In this document: positions 11,935 through 24,530 of the stretch, piece by piece
How positions within the stretch are numbered: position 1 is the stretch's first letter
Layout of the letters: every line of letters begins with the position of its first letter
Origin: the human T2T-CHM13v2.0 reference genome, Homo sapiens
Length of the DNA stretch: 64,000 bases
Strand: one strand, 5' to 3'
NCBI RefSeq assembly: GCF_009914755.1
Contig: NC_060926.1
Program-made: the position numbers and the translations under genes
Notes under the pieces: generated by a model
What the model saw: the letters and a program-made list of their open reading frames with translations, nothing else
The model's database searches: none
What the model was told of the DNA's origin: nothing

Positions 11935-13610
11935 AATCCTAAAGTTTGTATAGAATCACAAAATACCTCAAATAGCCAAAACAATCCTGAGCAAAGAGAA
12001 CAAAGCTGGAGGTATCACACTACCAGATGCCAAAATATCCTGCAAAGCTGTAGTAACCAAAACAGCATTATACTGGCATACAAATAGACATATAGAGCAA
12101 TGGAACAGAATAGCGAACACAGAAATTAATCCAAATATCTGTAACCAACTGATTTTTGACAAATGTGCCAACAACACTCTTTAGGAAAAGGATAGTCTCT
12201 TTAAAAAATGGTGCTGTGTAAACTAGATATCCGTATGCAAAAGGCTGAAACTAGACCCGCACCTCTCACCCTACGTAAAAATCAACTCAAAATGGATTAA
12301 GAACCTAAATGTAAGACCCAAAATGACAAAGCTAGGCAAAGAAAACTTGAGGGAAAACACTTCAGGATATTGGTCTAGGAGAGTAAAACCTAGGATATAA
12401 GTCGGGGAAAAATGAGTAACACCTCAAAAGCACAGGCATCAAAAGCAAAAATAAACAAATGGGATTATATCTAACTAAAATGCTGTTATACAGCAAAGAA
12501 AGCAATCAGTGGAGTGAAAAGACAACCTACAGAATGGGAAAAATATTTGCAAACTAGTCATCTGACAGGAGATTAATATCCAGAATATACAGGAAACTGA
12601 AACATCTCAATATCAAGAAAACAATCTGATTTTAAAATGGTCAAATAATCTGAACAGACATTTCTCAAAAAGAGATTTAAATATGTCCAACAGATAAATA
12701 AAACAAAATGTTGGCCATCAATAATCTTCAAGGAAATGCAAATCAAAACCACAGGGAGTTATCATCTCACCCCAGTTAGGATGGCTCGTATCAAAAAGGT
12801 AAAAAATAAAAATGCTGGTGAGAAAGCAGAGAAAAGGGAACTCTTATACACTGTTGGTAGGAATGCAAACTAGTGCAACCACTGTGGAGAACAGTATAGA
12901 GGTCCCTCAAAAAACTAAAATAGAACTACCATATGATTCGGCAATTCCACTACTGGATATTTATCCAAAGGAAAGGAAATTATTACATTGGAGAGACATC
13001 TGCACCCCCATGTTTATTGCAGCATTGTTCATAATAGCAAATATATGGAATCAACCTAGGTGTTCAACGACAGAAAATGTGGTATAGTGTACTATGGAAT
13101 ATTATTCAGCCACAACAAAGAATGAAATCCTGTTATTCACAGCAATATGGATGGAACTGAAGGACATTATGTTATGTGAAATAAACCAGGAACAGAAAGT
13201 TAATCACTCTATATTCTCACTCCTCTGTGGAAGCTAAAAAAAAAAAAAAAGTTGATCTTATAGAAGTAAAAAAGTAACAGGATACTAGAGGCTGGGAAGG
13301 GTAAGGGAAAGGGAGATATAAGGAGATATTTATAAAAGGACACAAAATTACAGCTAGATAGAAAGAATAAATTCTAGTGTTCTGTATCACTGTAGGATGA
13401 CTATAGTTAACAAAACATATTGCATAGTTTCAGATAGCTAGAAGGAGTTTATTAAATGTTCCCAATACAAAGAAATGATAAATGTGTGTGATGATGGAGA
13501 TACTAATTACCCTGATCTGATTATCATACATTATATGTATTAAAACATCACTGTGTACCTCATGAATATGTATAATTATTATCTGTCAATTAAAAAATAA
13601 ATTTTAAAAG
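11935..13610 (+). mobile_element. L1MA-type LINE 3' portion (ORF2 end, 3'UTR, A-tail)
   Basis: ORF2 C-terminal peptide [19 protein letters not shown]...PMFIAALF (ORF 12812..13087); L1MA-type 3'UTR. Confidence 0.9.
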
Positions 13611-13811
13611 AAGAAGAATACATTTGACTAAATAAAAATAAATTTTGCATGGCCAAAAATACAAGCAATTTAAATGGAAATCTAGCAACTGAGAAAAAAT
13701 GTTTACAACATAAAGGGCTAGTAATATTTCTAATATAAAAAGTCAAAAACTGAGGGAATTAAAAAACAACAACCAATGGGAAAAAATGACAAAAGATTTT
13801 AACAGATAAGT

Positions 13812-13821
13812 CACACAAACA

Positions 13822-13855
<34 letters not shown>
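13812..13855 (+). repeat. (CA)n microsatellite
   Basis: cacacaaacacaaacacacac... Confidence 0.95.
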
Positions 13856-13857
<2 letters not shown>

Positions 13858-13984
13858 ACAGAAGTGGTCCTTAAACATAGAAAAAGATGTTCAACTTCAT
13901 TTACAATAAAATAAGATAAATGCAAATGAAAAATACACTGAGTTAATATTTGTGATCCTGTCACCTGGCAAAACTAAGGAGCAT

Positions 13985-16460
13985 TTGCTGCTGAATTCTA
14001 CCAAACATTTAAACAAAAATTAGTATCAATTGTACTCAAACTATTTCACACAACTGAAGAGGAAAAACTTCTTTCAAACTCATTCTATTAAGGCCAGCAT
14101 TGCCCTGATACCAAAATCAGACAAGGATACAATAAAAAAAGAAAACTACAGGTCAATATGCTGATGAACACTGATGCAAAAATTCCCAACAAAATACTAG
14201 CAAACCAAATTCAAAAGCACATTATAAAGATCATGATCAAGTAAGATTCATGCAAGAGAGATGCAAAGATGGTTTAACATATGCAAATCAATAAATAAGA
14301 TACATCACATTAAAAGAATGAAGTTCAAAATCTATATGATCATTTCAATAGATGCAGATAAAGCATGACAAAATTTAACATTCCTTCATGATAAAAACTC
14401 TCAACAAATTAGGTATAGAAGAATGTACCTCATCACAATAAAGGTCATATACCACAAACCTACAGCTAACAGCATACTGAATGGGAAAAGTTGAAAACGT
14501 TTCCTCTAAGATCTAGAAGAAGACAAAGATACCTACTTTCACTACTTCTATTCATTGTAATACTGGAAATCCTAGCCAGTGTAATTAGGCAAGAGAAAGC
14601 AATAAAGGCACCAAAATCGGAAAGAAGGAAATTAAGTTGTCCCTGTTTGCAGATGACATGATCTCATATATAGAAAACCCTAAATATTTCACTTAAAAAA
14701 ACTGTTACAACTAACAAATTCAGTAAAGTCACATGATACAAAATCAACATACAAAAATCAGTAGTATTTCTGTACACTATTAGTGAGCCATCTGAAAAAG
14801 AAATCAAGAAAGCAATCCCATTTATAATAGCTACAAAAATGCTTAGGAATAAATTTAACCAAGGAAGTGAAAGACCTCTACAATAAAAACTACAGAACAT
14901 TGATTAAAGAAATTGAAGAAGACACAAATACATGAAAGATACACTGTGTTTAATGAATTGGAATAACTAATATTGTTGAATTGTTCATACTACCCAAAGT
15001 GACCTACAGACTCAGTGCAATCCCTGTCAAAATACCAATGACATTCTTCACAGAAATAGAAAAATGAATCCAAAAATTGATATGGAACCACAATAGACCT
15101 TAAATAGCCAAAGCAATCTTGACAGAAAAAAAAAAAAGCTGGAGGCATCACACTCTCTGACTTCAAAGTATATTACAAAGCTGTAATAGCCAAAAACTCA
15201 TAGTACTGGCATAAAAACAGACACACAGAACAGAGAGCCCAGCCAACTGATTTTTGGCAAAGATTCTAAGAACACACCTTGGAGAATGGACATTCTCTTC
15301 AATAAATGGTGTTGGGAAAACTGGATATTCACATGTGGAAGATGAAATGAGACCCTTATCTCCACCGTATAAAAAATAAAAAATGGATTAAAGACTTACA
15401 TGTCAGATCTAAAATTATGAAACTATTAGAAGAAAACACGGGAAATTCCTTATGACATTGGTCTGTGCAAGGATGTTTTGGATAAGACCTTAAAAGCACA
15501 GCCAATGAAAGCAAAAATAGACAAATGGGCTTACATCAAACTAAAAAGCTTCTGTATAGCAAAGGATACAATCAACAGAGTTCAGAGACAACCTGTAGAA
15601 ATGGGAGAAAATACATATAAACTATACATATGACAAGTGGCTAATATTCAAAATACGCAAAGATCTTAACAAAAAACAAATAGCCCATTTAAAAAATGGG
15701 CAAAGGACGTGAATAAACATTTCTCAAAGAAGACATACAAGGTCCAATAGATGTATGAAAAAATACTCAGCATCACTAATTATCAAATTATCAGGGAAAT
15801 GCAAATCAAAACCACAAAGTGATGTCACCTCACCCCAATTAAAATGACCATTATCAAAAAGACAAAAGCTAACAAGTGTTGATGAGGATGAGGAGAAGAG
15901 TGAATGCTTAAAAACAGTTAGTGGGAGTGTAAAATGGTACAGCTTTATGTAAAATAGTATGTTCATATCCAAAGGAGATGAAATCAGTATGTTAAAAAAA
16001 ATCTGCCCTTCTTGTTGATCACAGCATTGTTCACAATAGCCAAGATATGGAATTAACCTAAGTGTCCATCAATGGATGCATGGATAAAGAAAATGTGGTA
16101 TATATGTGGAATGGAATACTATTCAGCCATAAAAACTGAAATTTATGACAACATGGATGAACCTGGTAGACATCAAGTTAAGTGAAATAACAAGCACAGG
16201 AAGACAAATACCTCATAATTTTGTCCATATGTGGAATCTAAAAATGGTGATCTCATAGAAGTAGAGAGTACAATTGCAGTTACCAGAGCCTGGGGAAGTT
16301 AGGTTAAGGTAGTCTGGGGACATGTTGGTCAAAGCATACATAATTACAATTAGATAGAAGGAATAAATATCAAGAGCTCTGTTGTACAGCAAGGTATATT
16401 GTATTCTTGAAAAATGTATAGAGCAATGTTATGTGCTATCACCACAAAAATGATGACTGT
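13985..16460 (+). mobile_element. L1MA-type LINE (RT region to 3'UTR), degraded
   Basis: gaattctaccaaacatttaaa, tttgcagatgacatgatc (FADD motif), tatcaagagctctgttgtacagcaaggt 3'UTR. Confidence 0.9.
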
Positions 16461-16528
16461 GTAGCAAAAAGCACACCTAACCCTCAGATCCTTGCTTCTA
16501 GAAGCATTTTCCACTAAAAGGAATTAGG

Positions 16529-19500
16529 GACTTCCACTTTGGCTCTGACGGACTAATAGGATTCAGAATTATCCTCCCATCGTAAATTTAAAAAATGCAT
16601 GCAGTATAGGAAATGATTATTTTCCGACATCAGACAACTGGAAATACTAGATGTAATTCTGGAGAGAGGAGGAACAAAGAAGGTAAGCCTTAAAGTCTAC
16701 TATGCTTTCTGCCTGGGGGCAAATAACACTGCAGCTCAGCAAAGTGGAGCTCAAATAGAGCGTGGCAATCTTACTAATTGAAGAGCATAGATTCAAAAGG
16801 CTGAGGGAGCTAAAATTTGTAGGGTGGAGTTTGATAAAGGGTGGGGGACTAGTCAGAGAAATAGTTGTATATATTTGCATAGACATCTGCTTGAGTCTTT
16901 GGTTGAGTGCCAGTCTGCTCATGTGTAGGGTGAAATCCCATGAGGTGGGCAAGAATAGCTTCCAAGGAAAGAACAATTACTGGAAAACTATGAGAAAAAA
17001 AAATTAACAAAGAGCTAGAAATCATTCAAGATCCCTTCATCTATAGTAAGAAGACCTCATTGACTAAATGGAGTGTTCACTAGAGACTCCAGAAGGGCCA
17101 CACCTTAGTAGTGGGGCTAAATTAGCCCTAAATTAAAGGTAAATATAGATCTTCTGTACAAAAGTTTAAAAGAGCTTCAAAACAGCTAAATCCACAAGTT
17201 ACATAATTGGTTGCAACACTCTTTGAAGACATACTTCAAAATTCAGCACTCTACAACCTAACCTCACAATGCTCAACAACAAATAAAAAATTATTAGACA
17301 TTATGTGAATAAGAAAAATGTTATAACTAGGAGAAAAATCACTTACTAGAAACAGACACAGAAATGAAAGGAATGATGGAAATAGCAAACAGAGATGATA
17401 AAACAGATATGATGAATATACTTTAAGTGTTTAAGGATATAAAGGAAAACATAAACACAATGAGTATAGAAATAGAAGAGATATAAAAGACCAAGGTGAA
17501 ACTTTTACAGATTAAAAAAATACAAGATCTGAAATGAAAATTTCTCTGGATTGTTTTAATGTCAGAATAGACCCTACAGAAGAAAATATCAATGAATTAT
17601 AAGGAACAGGATATATCTCAGAGGAAGTTTAGAGGAAAAGAAAGAATTAAAAATGAGTGGATTAATATCAAGAGGTCTAATGCAAGTGTGATTAGAGTCC
17701 CCACAAGCTAAGATGAAGTAAAGCTTTTTGAAGAATTAGCCAAAAATTTGATGAATAGGACATAATCTCACAGATCCAAGAAGTTCAATCAATGCTAACT
17801 AGAATAAACACACACATATGTTGTACAAAATACATCATAAAATTGCTGGACAACCGATAAAAATTTTTTTTAAAATTTTAAAGCAGTTGCTGTATCTTAG
17901 AGTAGGCGGAGACACATTACATAAAAAGAAAGATAAGAATTTACAGCAATGAGATAATGGAATGACATCTTTAAAGGCCTAAAAGAAAACAACTGTCAAA
18001 CTAGAATTCTAAAGCCAGTAAAAATGTCCTGAAAAATTAAGGTCAAAGGAAAAAAACAACTTTTTTTTTGACAAACAAAAACTTAAAGAGTTCATCAACA
18101 AGAGATCTGCACTGAAATACATGTTAAAGGAAGTTCTTCCAACTGAAATAAAATCATATCAGATCAGATACATTTAGATCTATATGAAGGTATAAAGAAC
18201 ATCAGAAATAGTAAATATGTGGGTAAAATGTCTTTATTTTTTCATTGCTTTAAAAGATAGCTATTTGAAGCAAAAATAATGTAGGATTTTTAATATGTAA
18301 AGGTAAAATATATGACAACAATAGTGCAAAGAATTGAAGAGGGAAATGGATATATACTTTTGTAATGGTCTTATATAGTAAGTGGTAAAATACAGTAAAG
18401 TTAAATTATAATAAGGAAAAGATATTGAAGCCTAGCGTGAAATGTCCAATATGGTGGCCACTAGCCACAACTGACTAAATTTAAATTTTAATTAATGAAA
18501 ATGAAATAAAATTAATTATTCACTTTTTCAGTGGCACCAACTACATATCAAATGCTCAGTAGTCACATGTGGCTACCATATTTGAGAGCATAAATATAGA
18601 ACATTTCCATCATTACTGAAAATTCTATTGGACCTCACTGCTCTTGAATAACTACCAGTAAAGAAAACATAGATATAACAAATAAGTCCAATAGTGGATA
18701 TAGATGAAATAATAATTTAAAAAACATTCCATTCAAAATAAGGCAAGAAGTGAGGGGGAAAGGAACTAAGATGAAACAAACAGAAAACAAATAGCATGAT
18801 GAGAGATTTAAAACTATCATATGAATAATTACAAACGCTCTAACCAAAAAGAGGTTGTCATACTGACTAAAAATGCAAGACCCAATTATATTCTGTGTAC
18901 AAGAAATCTGTTATACTTAAAAAGAGGTTACAAGTAAAATAAATGAAATTATATGTCATGGAAACACTAAACAGAAGAAATATGGAGTGGCTATGTTGAT
19001 ATCAGATGAAGTCAATATTGGAACAAGGAATGTTACAAAGGATAAAGAGAGACCTTTCAAAATGATAAAGTGGCCTGTTTATCAGGAAGACATAATAATC
19101 CGGAATGTATAAGCCTCCAACAACAGAGCTTCAAATATACATGAATCTAAAGCTGATAGAACTGAAAAGAGAAACCAACAAAGCCACAATTACAGTTGGA
19201 TATTTTAATACTTCTTTTTCAGTAATTAACAGAACATTAGAAAATACATAAGGATATAGAGGACATGATCAACACTATTACCATGCAAACCTACTTGACA
19301 CTCCACCGAACAACAGCAGAATAACACATTCACAAAGATAAACCATATGCTGGGCCACAGAGCAAGTGTCGATACATTTAAAAGGTTAGAAATCATGCAT
19401 TATGTGTTCTCTGATTATAACAGGATTAAATTAGAAATCAATAGCAGAAGATATATTTTAAATCCCCAAATATTCAATAATTTTAAAATGTACTTCTAAA

Positions 19501-19792
19501 TAACCCATGGGTGAAAGAAGAAATTACAAGGATAACGAGGAAATATTTTGAAATGAATGAAAATCAAAACAGCCATAACAAAATTTGTGGGATTAAAGCC
19601 CTACTTGGAGTGAAATTCATGTTTTAAAATGCTTATTTTATTAAAATAAAATCTAGAATCAGTTATCTAAGCTTCTATCTTAAGAACTTAGAAAAAGAAG
19701 AGCAAATTAAGCCCCAGATAAAGAAGCGAACAGAAATAAGCAACATAAAAACCTTACAATTAATAAAATCAATGAAACCAAGGCTATTTCTT
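16529..19792 (+). mobile_element. Old L1M 5' portion (5'UTR, ORF1, endonuclease region), 3'-truncated
   Basis: Starts gacttccactttggctctgacggactaataggattc (L1M 5'-end-like); ORF1 ctcacagatccaagaagttcaa; EN ttctctgattataacaggattaaattagaaatcaat. Confidence 0.75.
18432..18642. mobile_element. MER3 (hAT-Charlie) inserted in L1
   Basis: tgtccaatatggtggccactagccac...agaacatttccatcattactgaaaattctattggac. Confidence 0.8.
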
Positions 19793-20920
19793 TAAAAGGA
19801 CACAGGACTCCTTGGAGAAATAGTTGGTTTCAGGTCTGTAAGTAGAGAACCGCTTAAAACAGCTTGTGCCAGAAAGCAAGGAGGAACTTAAAGAATTGGA
19901 AGACATACTAACAGGACACTAGAGCCAGCTTGAAAGGGGATCTGTCTGGCCAAATTAGGGACAGATTGAGCATCAAAATAAATGATAGTTAAGGATTATA
20001 ACCTGTTCAATTACATAAGAATTCATTATTCCATATGGATATAAACAAATAAATAGCACTGAAGAACAGTTCCAACTAACAGATGTAGAATGAATGGACT
20101 TGTAATATCACCACTGGGAAACCATAATGATAATAATTAATACAGGAAAGGTTCATCAATGGACGTTAAACTAGTGGGTTAAAGCTTGGGAATTAAGAAT
20201 ATTTACAGACCCAAACTCCCTTCCCACAAGTATTTTCTAAAGAAGAATATACTAAAATTTTAGTGGATGACCCTTTTAACCAAGTTAACTTTACCAGTAA
20301 TGAGTCACTTCAGCATCATGTGCTTTCTACTACAAACCACTGAAGAGAACACATCAATTCTGTGGTATCCATGTCCAAAATGTAAATCCTGAATCTAATA
20401 ATGAAGAAGCATCACACAAACCCAAAATGAGGGATAATTTACAAAAACAACTATCTTGCATTCTTCAGGAATGTCAATTTCATGAAATACAAAGAAAGAT
20501 TGAAAAACTATCCAGATCAAAAGAAACTAAAGAGGCACAACTCAACGCAATGCTATAACGCGCATGATTGGAAAATTAGCAAAATCAGAATTAACTCTGT
20601 AGATTAGATCAGGAGTTGGCAAACTATAGCTTGTGGGACCAAACCAGGTCAATGCTTATTTTTGCAAATGTGTTTTTGGAACACAGCCACACCCATTGAT
20701 TTATGCATCATCTGTAGCTACTTGCACACTACAACAGTGGAATTCAGTAGTTGTAACACAAACTGTATGTTCTTTAAAGGCTAAAATATTTACTATTTGA
20801 CCCTATGTAGAAAGTTTTCCAGCCTTTGGATGAGATCATTTTATAGTACACTGATTTTCCTGATTTTGTTGATTTTACTGTGGTTGTAAAAGAAAGTTTC
20901 CTTTTAAGAACATAAACTAA
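19793..20920 (+). mobile_element. L1MC-type 3' region
   Basis: ggactccttggagaaatagttgg...agacccaaac...aaacccaaaatgagggataat; continues the fragment at 16465-16528. Confidence 0.65.
20609..20829. mobile_element. MER58A (hAT-Charlie)
   Basis: caggagttggcaaactatagc...ttttggaacacagccacacccat...aaaatatttactatttgaccct. Confidence 0.85.
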
Positions 20921-22199
20921 ATTTAGAATATATACATATATATAGTTTTGTATATATATTTATATATATTTTTGTTGGATGTATAGGTCAGTAATACTAG
21001 AGCCAATTTTATAAGAAGATGATTTCATCAATGAGAACACTTAATTCTCAACATTGTTTGGCCTTCATATTATTAACATATACGACACATTCATTACATG
21101 TAGTAACACTTGAAAAAGTCTTCTGAAGATTTTCATCGTCCCTACCCTTGATTGAGAGTTATTAAATTAGAACCATTTAAAAATAAGATGCCTCCAAACT
21201 TGTAACTATTATTGTCCAGTATGTTAATCCTAAATCTTTGAAATGTTCATGTAGGGGAAAAGATACAAATTAATTTTAAACTTTAAGTTAAATGTGCATG
21301 CTAAAATATAAGGTTAACATCTATTTCTGCTAATATAGTTAATTAAATGTCTGGAGAAAACCTCCCAGTCTAGAACAACTAAAACGCTATTTAAAGTATT
21401 AAAGTTATTTTTAAATATACATCGATGAGCTGACAGTAAAATAGGGACATTCTCAAAGGCCAGAAACAACTATACTCTAGCACTGGAGCCACCAATCTTG
21501 ATGGCCTAGAACCTCTGTTATTTGGGGCCACTGATATGAAGGGCGCAGGAGACAAAACCTTATATTTGATGAGGTAAGTAAGATCATTCAACTCACATAC
21601 AGTAGGACATCTTAAAGATAATGCCTTGGAAAGATGAACTAGAGAAAAATCCTTCCACTCTAGAAGATTCTGCAGTAGGGGAGCAAGTAAGAAGTAATGG
21701 GAAGGGGATGTGAGTACACAAGTCTGTCTTCAGAAGGTTGTCTGGAAACAAAAGCAAATACCTGGCAATATATTTAGCTCAATGCCTGAATGAATTGCCA
21801 TAGATAGGGTTCCAAGAAAGATGAGTTCACAATCCAAAACTAAACAGTGCATAATAAGCCATTATGAATAGGAATCAGCATAAATTAAAAGCCATAGAAT
21901 TAAAGCCTCAAAGACATTGGGTGTGAAATTATAATTATGAAAATGTTTTATATGTTTAAGTATGTTAAAGCATGTTTAACAACATGTTTATTTTACGAAA
22001 CTATTTAAGTGTATGTTTAAATAATTTTTTCAAATATTTTTAAAAGTCAAGACATTAAAATATGAAGAGTGAGCAAGAGACATCAAAACATGCCTGGCAT
22101 ATATGAAAAAGAATTAACTAGAATTTCTCCAAAAGAAAAACAAAATTAGGATTTCAATGGGTGGGCTGTAACTGCCTATTTTCAGATTTAAAAGTTTGT

Positions 22200-23715
22200 G
22201 GGTACAGCAGAAATTTATTGGTCAGTGAAAATGGTAAATTTGATAGCAGATCCAAGCACGTACAATTACAAATAGCTAATCAGGTGACCTAGACTTTCAT
22301 AGCTCTTACCTCTGTTGTACCAACACCTCTCTCTCAATTCACATGTATAGTTTTATTGGAGGTTTCTTCTGACTTGCTGATGGAGGAAGCAAAAACCCAG
22401 GCCTGATTCACAAACAGGTCAGCTTGACATGTTGATACAAGCCTAAAAATGCACTCCTGCCATATTTCAAGCCCACTCAGTGGTGGACATAAAGGATAGC
22501 AGTGAGGGGAAATACTCCAAGTGGACAGATTTTTGAGCCGTGCATTTGGCCATTCACTTTGAACAGAGGTAGCAGCAGCCAGCAGAATGAACTTTATTTA
22601 TTTATTTTTTGTCTTTTTTTTGCATCTGTTTCTTTTTATTATTATACTTTAAGTTTTAGGGTACATGTGCACAATGTGCAGGTTAGTTACATATGTATAC
22701 ATGTGCCATGCTGGTGTGCTGCACCCATTAACTCGTCATTTAACATTAGGTATAAGACAGTGGCAAGTGGCTAGGCTTGTGTATCAGAGGCCTGAAAGGA
22801 GAAAGATCAGGAAATTGGAGATAAAGAGGTCTGGGAAAGAGATCACGAATGGACTTGTAGGAGTGGGCGCACAGTAAGTAAATCTATGTGTTTCACATCA
22901 ATGCCCACCAGAGAACACTCACCAGACCGGGAAAAAGTCATCTATGAAGTGGACAAGTTAACTTGTCTTTTGCCTGTGGGCCAGGCTGTCTTCACTCATC
23001 CCTGTGTTGGCACAATGTGTCCATAAATAGAGTCATAATAGTAGCAGGAATGGGGTTTACACATGGGCCAGGCAGCGTGAGTTCTCCATCACCAAGGCTG
23101 ATCTTGCTTCTTCCTCTGTGGACCTGGAGTCAGTGCAGAGTGATGTGAAGCCGTCAACTATGACTGTTCCAGAAGGAAACTAGATACCACTTGGCAGCAC
23201 TGAAGATACCAGTAGTTGGTTATATTGGCCCCTTCTACCATGGGAAGAACAGCGTCACATCCTTACTGGAATTGGCACCTACTCCAAGTATGGGTTTGCC
23301 TTACATGCACTGTGAGTGCCTTCTCCAGCACCACCTTCTAAGAACATACAAAAGTCTCATCTATTAACAATAAATCCTACAGAGCATCACGTCAGTCCAA
23401 GAGACCCATTTTATGAACAGGGAGATGTGACAATGGGTGCATGACCGTTTCATTGGTTTTAAGTTTTCCTTACACAGAAGTATCTAGCTTAATAGAATGG
23501 TGGAATGGCCTATTCAAGGCTCAGCAATTGTACTAGCATGACGGGTTGGCATGCTTTCTTCCAAGAGATGGAATATGCACTAAACTGAGCCACAACCAAT
23601 ATGGAGTTAGGTCCCCAACAGCTAGATGCAGGGGCATGAGAAGAAGCTCAGTTTAATGTCCTCACATAATTCCCAGAAATCCATTTGCAGAATTTTTGCC
23701 TTTCATCTCAGGTTA
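22200..23715 (+). mobile_element. ERVL-class internal sequence (RNaseH/integrase remnant), heavily degraded
   Basis: aatgcccaccagagaac (HVNAHQ-like), tactccaagtatgggtttgcctt (YSGYGFAF-like), atagaatggtggaatggcct (IEWWNGL). Confidence 0.75.
22592..22753 (-). mobile_element. Short young L1PA 3'-end insertion
   Basis: tttttattattatactttaagttttagggtacatgtgcacaatgtgcaggttagttac. Confidence 0.9.
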
Positions 23716-23934
23716 TAAGAACATTTCTCACTCTCTACTTTCTGCAAGTTAAACTCAGAGCAACTATCCGTAACTGATAAGGAACCAGATGTTTTACAGC
23801 CCTGTAAAATCAAAGTTACACTCCCTGAGAGAGCTCAATGAAGGTCAACTGGGCTTATTAAAGAAATTGTTCAGAAAGATAACAACAATCATTTTGACAT
23901 TTTCCAAGTTTTGGATAAATAATTTTTAACACAT

Positions 23935-24530
23935 GTCATAGAAGGAATGTTTGCAAAAGGAAAGGCTATTCAGCATGAGAAGAAAAGATGGGTGGGGATG
24001 ATGATTGTCTTCAGATATTGGACTGACCACCATGTGGAATAATTTTGTTTATTGCTTCAGAAGGCAAAATCAAGAAGGTTAGAAAGACCAGTTTTGACTC
24101 AACACAAAGAAGAGCTATTTAACTGCCTAGACCAGCACTGTCTAATAGAGTTAGAAGACACACCTCACATATGTAACTTTAAATTTTCTGGATGCCACAG
24201 TAAAAAGGTGAAAAAGAAAAACAGATAAAATTAATTTTAACAACAATCTTATTTAGCCAATCAAAAATATTATTAGTTCAACATGTCATCAATACAAAAA
24301 TATTAATGAGATATTTTACATTCTTTTCTTTATACTACATCTTTGAAATCCCATGTGTATTTTACATTTGTGGCACAGCCCAATTTGGACTTCCACATTC
24401 CAAGTGCTCAGTAGCCACACAACTTGTGCGTATCAGTTGGTGATGGTCTAGATGGTCTCAGATAGTGTGAGGATCCCATCAGTCAGATACCGTTGAAGCC
24501 AAGTTCAATAACCACTGATCAAGGCTGTTT
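23935..24530 (+). mobile_element. L3/CR1 3' fragment split by MER33
   Basis: ttcagcatgagaagaaaagat...gattgtcttcagatatt...ctcaacacaaagaagagct; resumes ~24460. Confidence 0.55.
24133..24450. mobile_element. MER33 (hAT-Charlie)
   Basis: cagcactgtctaatag...aatttggacttccacattccaagtgctcagtagccac. Confidence 0.8.

Noticed and set aside
11869-15972. ORFs with L1 ORF2-like peptides
   Set aside because: Short fragments of degraded L1MA copies with stops and frameshifts; not functional
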